DNA from: Massalongia carnosa
Taxonomy: Eukaryota
NCBI GenBank assembly: GCA_965645245.1
Contig: OZ287067.1
Location: 1,116,001 to 1,180,000 of the forward strand
Direction: 5' to 3'
Length of the DNA stretch: 64,000 nucleotides
Part shown: positions 11,901-24,478 of the stretch, piece by piece
Numbering within the stretch: the stretch's first letter is position 1
Layout of the letters: every line of letters starts with the position of its first letter
Translations under genes and position numbers: made by a program
Notes under the pieces: generated by a model
The model's input: the letters and a program-made list of their open reading frames with translations, nothing else
Database searches by the model: none
What the model was told of the DNA's origin: nothing

Positions 11901-14900
11901 CAACTCAGACCGCAGACCCAGAATTACGAGCTGCAACATGAAAACCCTAACGGCGAGAAATACTCTGTGGACGTGTCTCTTTTCGAGAGATTGGTCCAAC
12001 CTAAGGGGGATTGGGGTCTCCGAATTCCCTTCAGCATTCTCGAGATACAGCGTCGTATGCACCCATCGATAGCACAGCTTGTCAGAGATACTCTCTATCC
12101 GAACCTTCAGGACCATCCATCGGTGGCTGAGTATCCCAGCGTGTTGGGTTTTGCAAAGCGGTTATTCTGGCTCGATCATCAGGAGCCCGAGGCAGGCGCC
12201 GATCCGACTCGAGTAACATCAACCTCGCATTCCAATGATTTTGAGGTCGATATGACCGCAGCTCTAGTCTCTCATTTGATCCGTCAAGGTAAATACCAGA
12301 ATGACGACATCGCGGTTATCACGCCCTACCTGGGACAACTGCAGAAGATGAGAAGGAGGATGGGTAGATCATACGAGGTCGTCATAGGCGATCGAGACGT
12401 AGAAGATTTGGAGAAAGAAGGGTTGGACGCCGATGATACAGACCGTACGAAGCCATCAGTCCTCCAAAAAACGACCTTATTGAAGGCTTTGCGGGTTGCC
12501 ACCGTCGATAATTTCCAGGTAACACCATCAGACCGTATCCTTTTTGGGCGGAATGCTAAACCCTTGCAGGGAGAAGAGGCCAAGGTGGTCGTTGTTTCAC
12601 TAGTTCGCAGCAATCCCAGGAACAATTGTGGCTTTTTGAAAACTTCAAACCGGATCAATGTACTCCTGAGGTAAGCCAGGTTCGTTCAATGTTTTCATCG
12701 GGCTCAGCTGACCTGCAGATAGTCGTGCCCGCCACGGAATGTACATCATAGGCAATTCTCAGACTTCCTGCCACGTACCAATGTGGGCGGAAGTCTTGGC
12801 GATCCTGAAGGCAAACGAAAACATCGGACAGACTCTGCCACTGCGCTGCCTCAGGCATCCAGAGATTGCGATTGAAGTGTCAACCCCGGACGATTTTCTC
12901 CGACTCGCGCCCGAGGGGGGGTGCAACAAGAAGTGCAGTTTGCGACTTTCATGCGGGCATTCCTGTATTAATAAATGCCATTCAGATCCTCTACACAATG
13001 CTGTAATCTGCCTTGAGCCGTGCCCGAGGTCTAAAGCCGGCTGCGATCATCCATGTCCACGGCCATGCGGCGAAGAATGCGAACAGGTGTGCCAGGTCAA
13101 AGTGCCCAATGTTACCCTCTTGTGCGGCCATATACGCGCACGCTTGGAATGTCACAAGGCGCGGGATCTCAAGGTAGTGCGCTGCGAGAAACAGGTCGAA
13201 CGACACGTTCCGGGGTGCGAGCATACGATCAAAATCCCGTGCTACGTAGACGTGGCAGCGAAGGATTTCCATTGCAGTGCCACTTGTGGAGAGGTTCTCC
13301 CTTGCGGCCACACTTGTTTGCGGAAATGCGAAGATTGCAATGTTAGGATTGACCGGCAAATCGTCCAACGCAACCATGGTGCATGCCAAAATCAATGTGG
13401 CCGGCCGTACAACAACTGCTCCCACCGATGTATGCGTCAGTGTCATGGCGAAGAGTCTTGTCCGCTATGTGAAGCACCCTGCGAAGTTCAGTGCGGGCAC
13501 TCTAAATGTCACAAAAAATGCCAAGAGCCTTGTGCACCGTGCGCTCAAGATTGCTCATGGTCGTGCCCACACCGTGGACGCTGTCAGATGCCCTGCGCCG
13601 TCCCCTGCAGTATTCTTCCATGTTCCGAAAGATGTGGAGAAATGCTTAGCTGCGGCCATCAGTGTCCATCGGTATGCGGTGAAAAGTGTCCTCCATCTGA
13701 ATATTGTCAGATCTGCGCTTCCAAAGATATCAAAGGTGTCATGGTGGATTACATCCTGCAAGCTACGTATGGTGACATAGACCTTGACGAAGATCCCGTC
13801 ATTGTACCGTCATGTCGCCATCTGATGGCACTTTCGAGCATGGATGGGCACATGGGAATGTCCGACTACTATGAGCTGTCCCCAAGCTCTTCCGTTGACG
13901 CCCTCAAACCATTACCAGAAGCGTTCTCGACCGAGAATGTAAAGAAATGTCCCATGTGCCGGGGTCCTCTTCGTGATATCAACCGGTACAATCGCATAGT
14001 TCGCCAAAGCCAGATCGAAGAAGCCACCAAAAAATTTATTTCCTGGGCCAATCAACAGTATCTTCCACTTGAGCAACGTTTGTACGAGGAAGAGAAGCGG
14101 CTTCAACAGAGCGCCGGCACGGGAGAAATCGTCACCCAACAGCCATCTGGCGCGCGGATTACGGAGAGTCCGTTAGCAGTAAATGTTATCAGACTGGAAA
14201 AATCCCCGGCTCACCAGATTGACAGAATTAGAAAATTCCCTGCCTTAGAAGCTCGCTACAAACCCTGCACCGCGCTGGGGGTCGAGATTACAAAACTCTT
14301 AAAACAAGTTAGCGAAGCAGAGCAGCCTTTTGGCCGTATCTTTGAAATGATTCAGAATATTCGAAGAAGGCGTGGCATTACGACCGACCTCGTCGTCGAC
14401 CGAAATGTTCTCAATACGCGTAATCGGATGCTTACTAGCTTACTGTCTATCCGCTGTGATCTGGCAGTTTTATCCGACTTTTTTGTCCTTCGCCAGAAAC
14501 GTCAGGAACTTACCAATCAGCATAACTGGATCAAAGCAGAGCTTCACCTCGACTTTGCCAAAAATCGGCAGGCTTGTGAGAGCCTCATTACAGAGGCAAT
14601 CGTCCGAGATCAACCTATGCATGAAGTGGAGGCCCGAATCTTTTTCGTGCGCTGGTCAATACTTGAACGTTCTGGCAAACCATCGAACCTTGAACAATCC
14701 GAGACGTTACTATCAGAGGCAAAGCAACACGTGGCTTTGGCACAGAGAACATGCAAAAGATACCCGGGCCAAACTCAAGGCATGCTCAGAGATGTCTCGG
14801 ACGTTGATATGATGCTAAAGGACACACCTTTCTATACATCGGTCGATAATGAGGAGAAACGGCAGGTGTATGCGGCAATGGCGCGGGAGTTTACCGGTAC

Positions 14901-15084
14901 GGGTCATTGGTATACCTGTCTTAATGGTCATCCTTTTACAGTTGGAGAGTGCGGCATGCCGATGCAGACGTCGGTATGCCCACAATGCGGCGCTCCCGTA
15001 GGAGGGCAGAGCCACCAACCAGCGGCCGGGGTGACACATGCCCGAGACTTTGAAGAACGCTTTGGGGCGATGGCTCTTGGATGA
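8928..15084 (+). CDS. ZNFX1: ZNFX1-like protein (2x CCCH, UPF1-like SF1 helicase, NF-X1 Zn-finger array, RING-like, C-terminal RZ finger), interrupted by an in-frame TAA at 10611-10613
   Basis: ATG 8928; introns 8945-8995, 12519-12569, 12671-12722. Motifs: CFAFARGRCSYGANCKYLH, PRHDNDH, LLDRQFRLLRED, IQGPPGTGKS, EEAGEVLE, LIGDHQQLRP, TVDNFQGEEA, NRINVLLSRARHGMY, many CGHxC repeats, GHWYTCLNGHPFTVGECGMPMQTSVCPQCGAPVGG. Confidence 0.9.
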
Positions 15085-15292
15085 ATTGAGCCTCATAGCC
15101 ATGGAATCAAGGGGCAGATTGGCAAACACCGAGGGTGGAACAGAATCAGGAGAAAACGACGGGCAATTATGTTATGGCCAAGGCTATACTTTGCTGACAG
15201 CTTAATCATCATTGAAAAGTTATCTTGAAGTGAGAGCTTCTGGAACCCTACCCAATGGTCCCTAGCGATGGGCCCCCCGTCAATAAGCATTT

Positions 15293-15642
15293 CATTGGCA
15301 CAAGATGAAGCCAAGAGCCGGCGATGCTGTAGGATTCTAGGCAGCAGCCGGCTGAGCCAGGCAACACTTGTTGGATAAACAACAGGAGCAGCTGTAGCCG
15401 GGTAGGGTGCAGCCAAATCAGGCTCTTGTGGAGCCAGAACTTTTGCTCTTTTGCTGCGCCCCCCTTGCTCGCTTGCTGCGCCCCCGTGCTCTCCCGTGCT
15501 CCCTCGCTGCTCTCCCGTGCTCCCTCGCTGCTCCCCCGGTGCTCCCTTGCTGCGCCCCCTTGCTCCCTCGCTGCTCTCTCTAAAGCGGCCCTGCTCCCTT
15601 TCCCGATCAAAAAGGGTAATCTCAGATCCTAAGTTCGGGGTG
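15293..15642. repeat. Dispersed repeat copy 1; putative transposon terminus with TGCTCCC subterminal array, ending at (TA)n
   Basis: Colinear and highly similar to 40790-41086, e.g. GTAGGGTGCAGCCAAATCAGGCT, CTAAAGCGGCCCTGCTCCCTTT and TCCTAAGTTCGGGGT followed by TATATA in both copies. Confidence 0.85.
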
Positions 15643-18617
15643 TATATAATATATATATATATATATATTTTTTTAGCGAGACTAGTTACTAACCACGAAT
15701 CTTTTGTCTTTTTCATAATTGTTTGATAGTTAGGGGGTGGGTGATCGGTTCAGCTGGGATGTATGGGGGATTTTGATTAGATTATTTAGTATATCCTTTG
15801 TTATTTGTCGTATCTTATCGTGATCGAGGTGTTTTTTGTGGGGGGGGGGGGGGGTTTGTTAGATTGTAGATTGGTAGGGTAGGAATACGGCATGAGAAGA
15901 GGGTGTGGATATGGGAGAGGGAATTTGTTTAATGCCCTGGAAAGAGGGGGGGGGAGAATGAAGGGTTTTCAGCGCGCTGGGGAGAGAGGTATGAGTCATC
16001 CCACCCCCCCCCTTTTTTTGCTCTTATTTAATCCAACTTCCTCTGAAGTCAGTCTTCTTCTAGTTGTGTCGCAAGCGGGATCACAGCCCTACGCATCATG
16101 AGGAGTCACGATTCCGGGTTGGCCGGTGGACCAATCTTCTGAAAATGTAAAGTAAACGCTTGTCTCTCAAGATTTGTGACGACGAAAGTATCGCATTGAT
16201 TTTTCCTGATCCCTAACTAGCATAGATTAGGGTCAGGAAAACTTCAGACTTTCGTTTTACGGATATAAAATGATAAAGACGGAAGCGCAATCGAATCACG
16301 TTTGCGTAACGATGACCCATCTCAATATTTGGCTGTGAATTCTACATGTTACTCTCATTTTGAAACCTATGGTTTTTACTGTCTGTAACTATTATGCATC
16401 TGCAAGAGCGTGCCCTCATTTCATCGTTGCTCTCGCGTTAATACCAAATTGTCCTCCAACGACTCAAATATCACCCCAACCAAGACCCCAAGCCTATGGA
16501 CTATATAACCGAGTGTGAATAGCGGCCAGTACCTCGTACGTATCCGGACTCGGCCATTTGTTACGAAACAAGACGCCTCTACCTCAAGGGTTACGCGGAT
16601 CCGTGCTGCCACAGCTAATGCACAAAGATCTGAAAGTCGGAGATTCGTCGGAGATTGTGGCACCGCGTTTCTTGCATTGAGTAAGGCCATCCCATGAGCC
16701 GTGAAGAGGAAAGGTAGACTCCTAGCTAGCATGATGAGGTGGCTCGAATTCGTCGGCTCAATACTGATGTAGTCGAACGGAAAGGCTTTGGGCTTGAAGG
16801 CTTGGAAGGAACTTTGAGGAGATGGGGTAAAAAGACGAGAGCTAGTAGACTTGGCGATGCGCTTCTTTGATTCTTTTTAACGCATTTCTCTATCATTCGC
16901 GATGATCATTTTTCTGTTTTCGCTCAGGAACACCGTGGTTTCAAGCAGATGACTCCCGCAAAGGATCGTCTAGCACCACGGGTAAAAAACTAGACCATAT
17001 ATCCAGGCCCGGACTGCTGACCTCTCTCAAGTTTACCTGTCATTTACATGCCCTGTATCATAGTAGGTGAGCAGCATGTGGAACCCTAAGTAAGTTTCAT
17101 TAAGAGGACTGGTTCTGTCAAGCTGTACATAAAATGAGGGAATCGGGGCAGAAGTTCTGTTTTGCTGATGGTTGGCTGGCTGGCTAGTTTACATGTTCGC
17201 TAAAAAAGCTGGAGAGGTTTGGGGCTAAAAGGGTTGGATTGAATTTTGGATGGCAGACAACTCAAGTAGAAGAAGAAGAAGAAGCTGAGCTAGAGCCGAG
17301 CTGATTGATGCAAGCCAGACAGACAGAACTCGCCCAGAAGCCCGGACGAAATACCAGATACCAGGGCTGATCAAAACCCCAATCTCCCAAAAATGACTTG
17401 CCTTGCCTAGTCAAGTGAAAAGTAACTCTCGCACGCACACACACATTCTATCGGCAAGTCATGCAGCCAGTCGTGCAGTCACCCAGTTGGGAAGAAAGAA
17501 AGAAAGGGGCCAGGAGATAAGAGGGGAGAAAACAGGTTTGACAGAGAAAGGCGCGGTTGGGGCGTGAGAAAGAAGTAGTTAGGTGCAGTTAAGTAACTAA
17601 GTAAGTGAATAAGATAAGGTTTTTTTTAGTTATAGAAGCTTTTTTTCTTCTCCTTCTCCATTTTCCCCTGGAATCATCCTGCTTCTTTTGTTCTCCTGAC
17701 GCTTATATTTCTCTCTATTTTACCCCATTTACCCCTTTTGCCCCCCCATTTATTCTTCCTTTCTTTCTTTCATCCTGCTGCTGAAAATAGATATCCAGTT
17801 ACCTAGCCGAGTTTCGAGATCCGGAACATTTATCATCATCATAAGCAGCAGCAGCAGCATTGTTGCTTAAAGTCGCGTTCGGATTTTTTTTATAAATACC
17901 TACCTACCTACCTACCTACTAAGTTTGGACCAATAAATATCTACTTATGTATCAATTCCAGTCGTTTATTGATATAGATACGCTGTATTTGTTCGCCTGT
18001 CGATGATGATGATTCAGTTAAGGGTTTGATTTGGACTTTCTCTTCTTCTCTTCACTTATATTGCATGTACAATTTTTTACATATACATCCAAGTTTCCAT
18101 CGTCCATTTCGTCCGCTTCTGATTACTCTAGAGACAGGTGTTAAACGCCCCCCCCCCCCCCCCTAAAATAATGGCGAGTAGTTCAGTTCAAAAAAAAATC
18201 TGCAGCGGATGAAGTATTATGTACTTATTAATTTATATATTTCGGGGGAAAAGGAAAGTGAAAAAGAGAAGAAAAAGAGAAAAGAAAAGACCAGATAAAA
18301 AAAAAAGCGTTCCTGCGTTTAAATTTGTCTGTCGCTTGGATATACATATACTACTATATGTAATGTACGTAACAGCCAACGGGGAGGGGGGGGGGAAGAA
18401 ACCCTCCATCGACTGTTCGCAGGAAGCGATGGAAGCAAGTTTTAAACTGAAGTGAGCCGATAAGGGAAAGGGGGGGGGAGAAGCAAAAATCCGTGTCCCT
18501 TTGTATCCTTGGACCGAAAAAAGGTTACAGAAATGGAGCACAGTACGCCTCCCTCCCCTCCCTCCCAAAGGTATTGGTAACTTAAAGAGCAATCGATAAA
18601 AGCGCAAGAAAATAAAA

Positions 18618-20993
18618 TCAATCCCCCATGATATCATCCTCCACGTCCTCCTCCCCCCTTGCGCCAGCCTCCTGCTCCTGCTCCTCATCCTCCGCCCCGT
18701 GATCAACAGGATCCAGTTCCCGTGCGCGGAGATCCTCCTCCCCGCCCTCCTCCAGCACCCGATCCTCCAGTTCCGCATCGCTGTCGTCGTCTTCTTCGCG
18801 GACCACCTCCTCGCTCTTCCCCTTTGGCGGCCGTTTGCCCCCAGCTTGGCCCGTCGCTCGGGGCCTACCGCGGCGGGGCGCCACCTTGGGTTTCGGCGCG
18901 TCCAGAAAAGCCACGACCTCCTTGAAATTCCCACCAAGTCGCAACCTGTTCCTTGCTAATCGTTCCTTCACCGCGCCCTTGCCTGGCTCCTCGCAATCCA
19001 AGACTCGCCCGACAATCGCAAGGACCATCTTCCCCGCCAACTCGCAAAGCCGCTTTTCTGCGAGCAGGCGATCTTGCTGAACGCGCTTTTGGTGACCGGA
19101 AGGAGGACTCTCATCGTTCTCGTCGTCTTCCTCCTCAGACGAGTCTTCAGGGTCGAAGTCGATGGCCAAGGTGTCATCAGCGGTGGGCTCCAACATACGG
19201 TGAGATTTCTTGGCGAATTGTTTCTCGGCGGCGGTGAATATTGCAATAATGAGGGTTTGACCCTCGGCGGGGACATGCTGAACGAGCGCTTTGACGTCAT
19301 CGTTATCGGTGGGCGTGTGGCGGAAGGTGGCGAAGAGCGTGTAAAGGTCGAGATAGGTTCCCGCAGCAGCAAGACGGACGTGATCACAACCGTTGCGGGA
19401 TTCCATTACGGAAAGGAGGTTTCGCGCAAAATGATCGTGGGAGGGTAGGTCTGGAAGAGGTGTTTTAGCGGCGAGGGCAGCATGCAGGGAACGCGAGATC
19501 CACATGTTGTAGAAAAGAAGGGCTTTCATGGCGCTTATGAGCAGCTCGTCCACTTCCTCGGCGGCCTCAGGGTCGGGTTCGTCATTGCCAAGGTGCTCGT
19601 CGAGGAGAGATAGGAGAATAGCCTGTGGGCTTGAGCTTGCGGAGCTGCTAGGCTTTTTAGATGTTGAGCTAGGTTCCGCGTTGAAGATATCTACGCAGTC
19701 GGAGATGGTGGCAAGGTTTGCGATTCGGCGAACAGTGTTACAGAGATCGGCGAGGTTTTCGCCGTCAGGATCATCGCTACTCACAAGCGTGCGAAGTGTA
19801 CTGATCGTATCTTCCCACAGTTGTTGCATTTTGCTCTCCGTGATTTCTTCCAGATCCTCAAAACTCCGCGCGTGCAAGAGCGCAGTGCTTGCCTCCGCAA
19901 GCACGCATTGATCGCCGTGGGTAAGAAATTGCTTGTTGATATCATCCAGCAATGAGGAATAGGTTGTCGAATCTTGCCTTAATTCCTGGAAGATTTCCAG
20001 GTTCAGAATGTGCTCTAACCGAAGCACTGCTGTCGCCGTCGCAGGATTGGATCCGAATTTCTTCAGCAGCTGCAGGATGACTTGAGCCAGATGAATCGTG
20101 GTTGCTTCCTGAATCTCACGTGACTCTTCTGCCCGAGCCTTGGTTTTCTTCCCTTTCTTGTCCGTTTCTGATATGATAGCTTCCGAGAGGCGAGAGTTAA
20201 CCGCAACGTTCAGAATTTCGAGAAGAATTGTCTCTTGCCGTTCAACCAGCTGACAGCGGGCCATAAACGCTCGTTCTGGATCGCTTTCATCTGCAGGCAA
20301 GCTTGAATGATCATAAAGGAGATATCCAGCGAGAGTCTCCCAATCCTTCACCTCCGGAACGCCGTCATAAATCGCTTGCGCAGCTAAAGACAACCTCGAT
20401 TCTACACCGCTGGCATTCAAGCTCTCAGCGATTTCAACATTTTTCGCGGTCGTTGCTGACTCCTCTTCATTCTCATCGTCGTACGATTCCAATACTTCGG
20501 CCAAGCATTTGAATTTCAGCCAAGCGATTTTTGGGGCATCATAATCATCCTTAACTTCCTCACCCAAATACTCGGCAATACCCTCTTCACCGCCGAGGTC
20601 CTCCATAGCGGACTCGAACAAGTCGCTAATGTTCTCGGCGAAAAACCCAGAGACAGCTTTGCGTACGCGTGGTTCAGTATCAAAGACAAGTCGCCCAATG
20701 ACGTCAATGTCATCAGGCTCCAGTAATCCAGTCTCTCTTACCAGGTCTAACACCTCCACTGTGGCAGCTCTAATATTAGGTTCTGCGTCTCTCGTAGCCA
20801 TCTCCACTAGCCGCGGGCGAAATCGTTCTGTGAAAGCACGAAGTCGACCAACATTTTCTTTGTTTTTGAAAAGCTTCAAAAGTTGCTTGATAACCTCTGC
20901 CCGCGTCGGCGCCGCGGTATCTGATAGCACCCAACCAAGGTACTTCAAATAAAAGCCTGTAAAGAAGATATCGGGCACGGTGATAATCCAATT
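18618..20993 (-). CDS. SCC3: Cohesin subunit Scc3/Psc3/STAG, 3' ~790 codons only (N-terminus missing)
   Basis: NWIITVPDIFFTGFYLKYLGWVLSD…RLRAFTERFRPRLVEMATRDAE (SCD region), HEAT-like body and acidic tail. No ATG or N-terminal STAG domain upstream; the sequence switches to FMP27 at ~20993. Confidence 0.85.
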   Translation of the reverse strand, partial: NWIITVPDIFFTGFYLKYLGWVLSDTAAPTRAEVIKQLLKLFKNKENVGRLRAFTERFRPRLVEMATRDAEPNIRAATVEVLDLVRETGLLEPDDIDVIGRLVFDTEPRVRKAVSGFFAENISDLFESAMEDLGGEEGIAEYLGEEVKDDYDAPKIAWLKFKCLAEVLESYDDENEEESATTAKNVEIAESLNASGVESRLSLAAQAIYDGVPEVKDWETLAGYLLYDHSSLPADESDPERAFMARCQLVERQETILLEILNVAVNSRLSEAIISETDKKGKKTKARAEESREIQEATTIHLAQVILQLLKKFGSNPATATAVLRLEHILNLEIFQELRQDSTTYSSLLDDINKQFLTHGDQCVLAEASTALLHARSFEDLEEITESKMQQLWEDTISTLRTLVSSDDPDGENLADLCNTVRRIANLATISDCVDIFNAEPSSTSKKPSSSASSSPQAILLSLLDEHLGNDEPDPEAAEEVDELLISAMKALLFYNMWISRSLHAALAAKTPLPDLPSHDHFARNLLSVMESRNGCDHVRLAAAGTYLDLYTLFATFRHTPTDNDDVKALVQHVPAEGQTLIIAIFTAAEKQFAKKSHRMLEPTADDTLAIDFDPEDSSEEEDDENDESPPSGHQKRVQQDRLLAEKRLCELAGKMVLAIVGRVLDCEEPGKGAVKERLARNRLRLGGNFKEVVAFLDAPKPKVAPRRGRPRATGQAGGKRPPKGKSEEVVREEDDDSDAELEDRVLEEGGEEDLRARELDPVDHGAEDEEQEQEAGARGEEDVEDDIMGD

Positions 20994-23900
20994 TGAATCT
21001 GATAAATGCCGTCGATTCGCTTCTTCCAGCTTTGGGCATTATATCTTTGGAGCTTAAGCCAAGCTTCTTCAGCTGTTATCTTGGCGGACCCTGTCAAGCG
21101 ACATTTGCCTTCAGGATCATATCTCCACTTTCGAGCATGCCTACCGGACGGCGACATAGATCGACCTCGAGGAGATTCTAGATCTTCGTTTTGCTCTTGA
21201 GCATCATGAGCTTGCCCATGTTTACTTGTACCTCGTTGCTGGGGATGTGACGAATGAGTACGATATCGGGAAGAGCCTCGATGCTGTTGAAGATCCTCCA
21301 TATTTCTAACTTTAGCCCCGAATGCTTGTTCTCGTGCAAGCCGCTGTTTTTGCTCAATAAGGCCTACTCGGTATATTGATCCAAGTTTCCACTCGAAAGG
21401 TCCATCATCTAGCTCAAAGAGTAGCGCTTTGCTGCGAACGGAGATCCGTGGCACCCTTTTTGGTCCTTCAGGGTGTTTTCTTAGAATGTACTCATTAGTC
21501 CCGGTCTTGAACCGATGGTGTAATTGTTCGGTTGCCTTTAGAATGTTTGCGAAGTTATCGAAGATTTTATGTAGAACTAGCTGGTGAGGAACTCCGAGCC
21601 TAATGAACTCGGTGGAAACATCGACCGATCTTTCATTGATGATGGTCCGGCCAGATTTTCTGCGATTCTCCCTTAAGTCAACGCGCAATGTCTTTAACGT
21701 GACAATCCTTGCCCAAGAAAAAGGCATTTGTGGAGCTTCCGCACAGACACGTATCAACCGCGATTTCATGAAAGGGACCGCCCATCTATGACGACCGGCC
21801 TCCAATCCAAAGACTTGAAGCATCATCGGCGGATTTGAGGGCATGGTCCCTTTGACCTGTAGCAATTCTACCTTAAGATCAATGGTAAACAGCTCCTTGG
21901 CACCAGTGGGAGCAGAGAAGCCCCCCGTTCTCGAATCAGTATTTGCAGATTGTGGGTTTGCTTTATCAACGTATGTGTGGCCGAAATCAGGAAAAAAGGC
22001 TTTTCGGAGTATTGTAAGCGCCAACCCTACAGCGTAATAACGGTAAAGCGAATACTGCATATAAAACGCTCTAATGTGAGAATTGAGATGAAATATTGGG
22101 CCATGGCTGTCACTCGATGTGGAAAAAGCGACCTCAAAACGAGGAAGCGAAATAAGAGACTCCGATTCCACGTTATTGATTCCTTCAACTACAAATCCTT
22201 CGAGACCTCGTACATGAATAGCCAGACGTCTTGCGTCTGTGTTGTTGAGAACAGTCTCGGGAATGCCAGAAGGTGACGTAATCTTTATCAAAGGCTCTTC
22301 TGTCATGGAGGACTTGGCTGCGCCTCGACGCCTCGACGGCGGTCTTTCATCCTCAGCATCTCTTTGTATCTTGTACTCTGCAGTCCAAGACTCGAGTTGT
22401 AGCGATATGCCTCGAGTATCTTTAGAGATATCAGGATCCACACCGGCAATATCAACCCCGAAATTAGATCCCTGGATCTGAAAACGTACAAGCCAGGGTG
22501 GCAATGGCCTCAGGAAATTCCGGTCCCCAGAATGTTTCGAATGCTGCGGGGAGTCCATTTCAGCCCTTCTGCTTAGCTGTTGGATAATTTGGCGGACTCC
22601 TCCGCTGATCTCAGGACGGACCATGTGAACGGAAAACGTTTGGAGATTCCCTGATGCTATCACGGATACCTCGGGGGAAGCAGTGACTTGTAGTTTAAGT
22701 TCAAGCGTGTCAGTGATGAGAAGGTTATGTCGTTCCTCGGATGCGGTGTGGTAATAAAGCTGGTTTGATGACACTCTTAGATTGGAGGCAAGTGCATAGT
22801 GCAGCTCTCCTCCAGAAGAATGCGATGATTCAAAATCGAGGGATATTGAAGATATGGAGCATATAAGGAGATCATACTCATCAGTGCTCCTTAATTTGGC
22901 ATCCGCAGGTGGAAGAGCAACCCTTAACACCGGTTCGTGCACAGAAAGCTTGATGTTTGCCTTTGGAAGAAGCCTTGACATGAGTCCAGGACGACGATTA
23001 TTGATCCGTTGTGGCTTTTGCAGTGTCCCGCGTCCGGTCTGGGTAAGCGAGAGGACAAGAGACATGTGCTTAGGGTCGACATCTATCGACGGTGATGTAA
23101 CCACGAAATTTGCAAACAGGATGTTGGCGTTTCTCTCAGCAGCGTTCTCGTCCTCTGAAAAGGCTGGACGGCAGCGTGGTTTTGACCGTTGTAGTGGCCA
23201 TTGGTATGTATATTATCCTTTCGGGTTTACCGCTCCCGTCATCCAGACTAACTCCCATTGATATTCCGGCAAGCAAAGCTTGGTGAGCAATATCCTTGGA
23301 TGAAAAATACATCCGATGTGCTGGACTTTTGGGATCCAAACGATGAAGATCAACACCAAACTCGTTCATGGACATATTAAGGTACAGAGGGGAGCCGGCG
23401 GGCCGGATGGAGTCAACAGCCTTAGTCAAGCCTACAAAGCTGACTGCCATTTGAAATCTCCTGGATACCACGTAAAGTAGAGCTCACAAATTCTTTGGAG
23501 TCAGAGACAGTCTGTACAAGCTTCGCTTCTCTGCTGCCTGGCCGGTCCCATTCTTCCATGATATCTGTAACGAAAGTATTTGCTTCTTGTCTATTGGTGG
23601 CTGGCTCAGTGGACCTATTGAGGCACTCTTCTGTTCGTGTCTTACAATGTATTAAATCATCGTACGGTATATGAACCCGTCCCAATTTCAGTGATATCGA
23701 AGCATCCCGAAGGCCTTCTAAATGATTGTAGAGCAACCCATGGATGTTCAAGCTGCATAAATCCAGCACTTCAAGGGAGTCTTTCCCCTCTGGAGTAAAC
23801 AATACACTTTTGACAGTAAAAATCCATTCCACCGGTCGTTGATCATTATTAGGGATTTGTATATGTTGGAAAAGCCTTCCTCTGTCCACAGTCTTTCGCC

Positions 23901-24478
23901 TTGTATCCACTGCCAAGCTCAGAGCGCCAATTTCGAACGAGCCAACCTCTACGATAACGCAGCTAGTGTTCAAAATCTCGACATCCGCTATGCACAGCCA
24001 ATGAATTTTATTATGAAGCCTCTTGATTCTCTCTTTCAACTGTGTTAAGCGCTTCCATAATTGACTTCGAGGTGAACCCGGATGCTGTAGTTGGGCTTTG
24101 GACTTTGGCAGCTTTGGTATCGATGACTGAAAATGATTTGCGGTATCGGTTCCTTTGGCCGCGTCTGCTTCGTGATGCTTGCCCGCAAGGTCACTTCCTA
24201 CGCTAACGGCTTCGACATCAACTGTCACCTTCAATTCCGTCAATCGCAGACTCACCCATGTCGGTTTCGCGAATGTCGGCCGATGAAGAACCAGGCCGAG
24301 TCCTCGTAGATCTATCCGTATGCCATCCCTCGCAGTATACGCAACGCGCTTCAACGAAAAATACCCGAGTCTTTGAATTGATATACCTTGGCAATTCGGA
24401 GGATGGCGAAAACGACAAACGACGCCAAGTATAGCAAAAGAACCAAACCCACTAGGAAGGATGGATTAAGATGCTCAT
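20993..24478 (-). pseudogene. FMP27: FMP27/Hobbit (BLTP2) lipid-transfer protein, 5' ~1160 codons, frameshifted and 3'-truncated
   Basis: N-terminal anchor (NPSFLVGLVLLLYLASFVVFAILRIA…GISIQRLGYFSLKRVAY), LHRPTFAKPTW, LFANFVVTSPSID, ELDDGPFEWKLGSIYRVGLIEQKQRLARE, YNAQSWKKRI. Frame breaks near 24475, 24389, 23456 and 23163 lack splice signals. Confidence 0.85.

Noticed and set aside
15093..15726. ORFs of 68-207 aa on both strands
   Set aside because: Open frames arise from the GC-rich TGCTCCC array of the dispersed repeat.
16421..16732. 103-aa minus-strand ORF
   Set aside because: No recognisable motif or splice context; cannot be supported as a gene.
18233..19911. Overlapping ORFs in the SCC3 3' end (and similar ones within FEX, NLR and ZNFX1)
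   Set aside because: Shadow frames of GC-rich or repetitive real genes.
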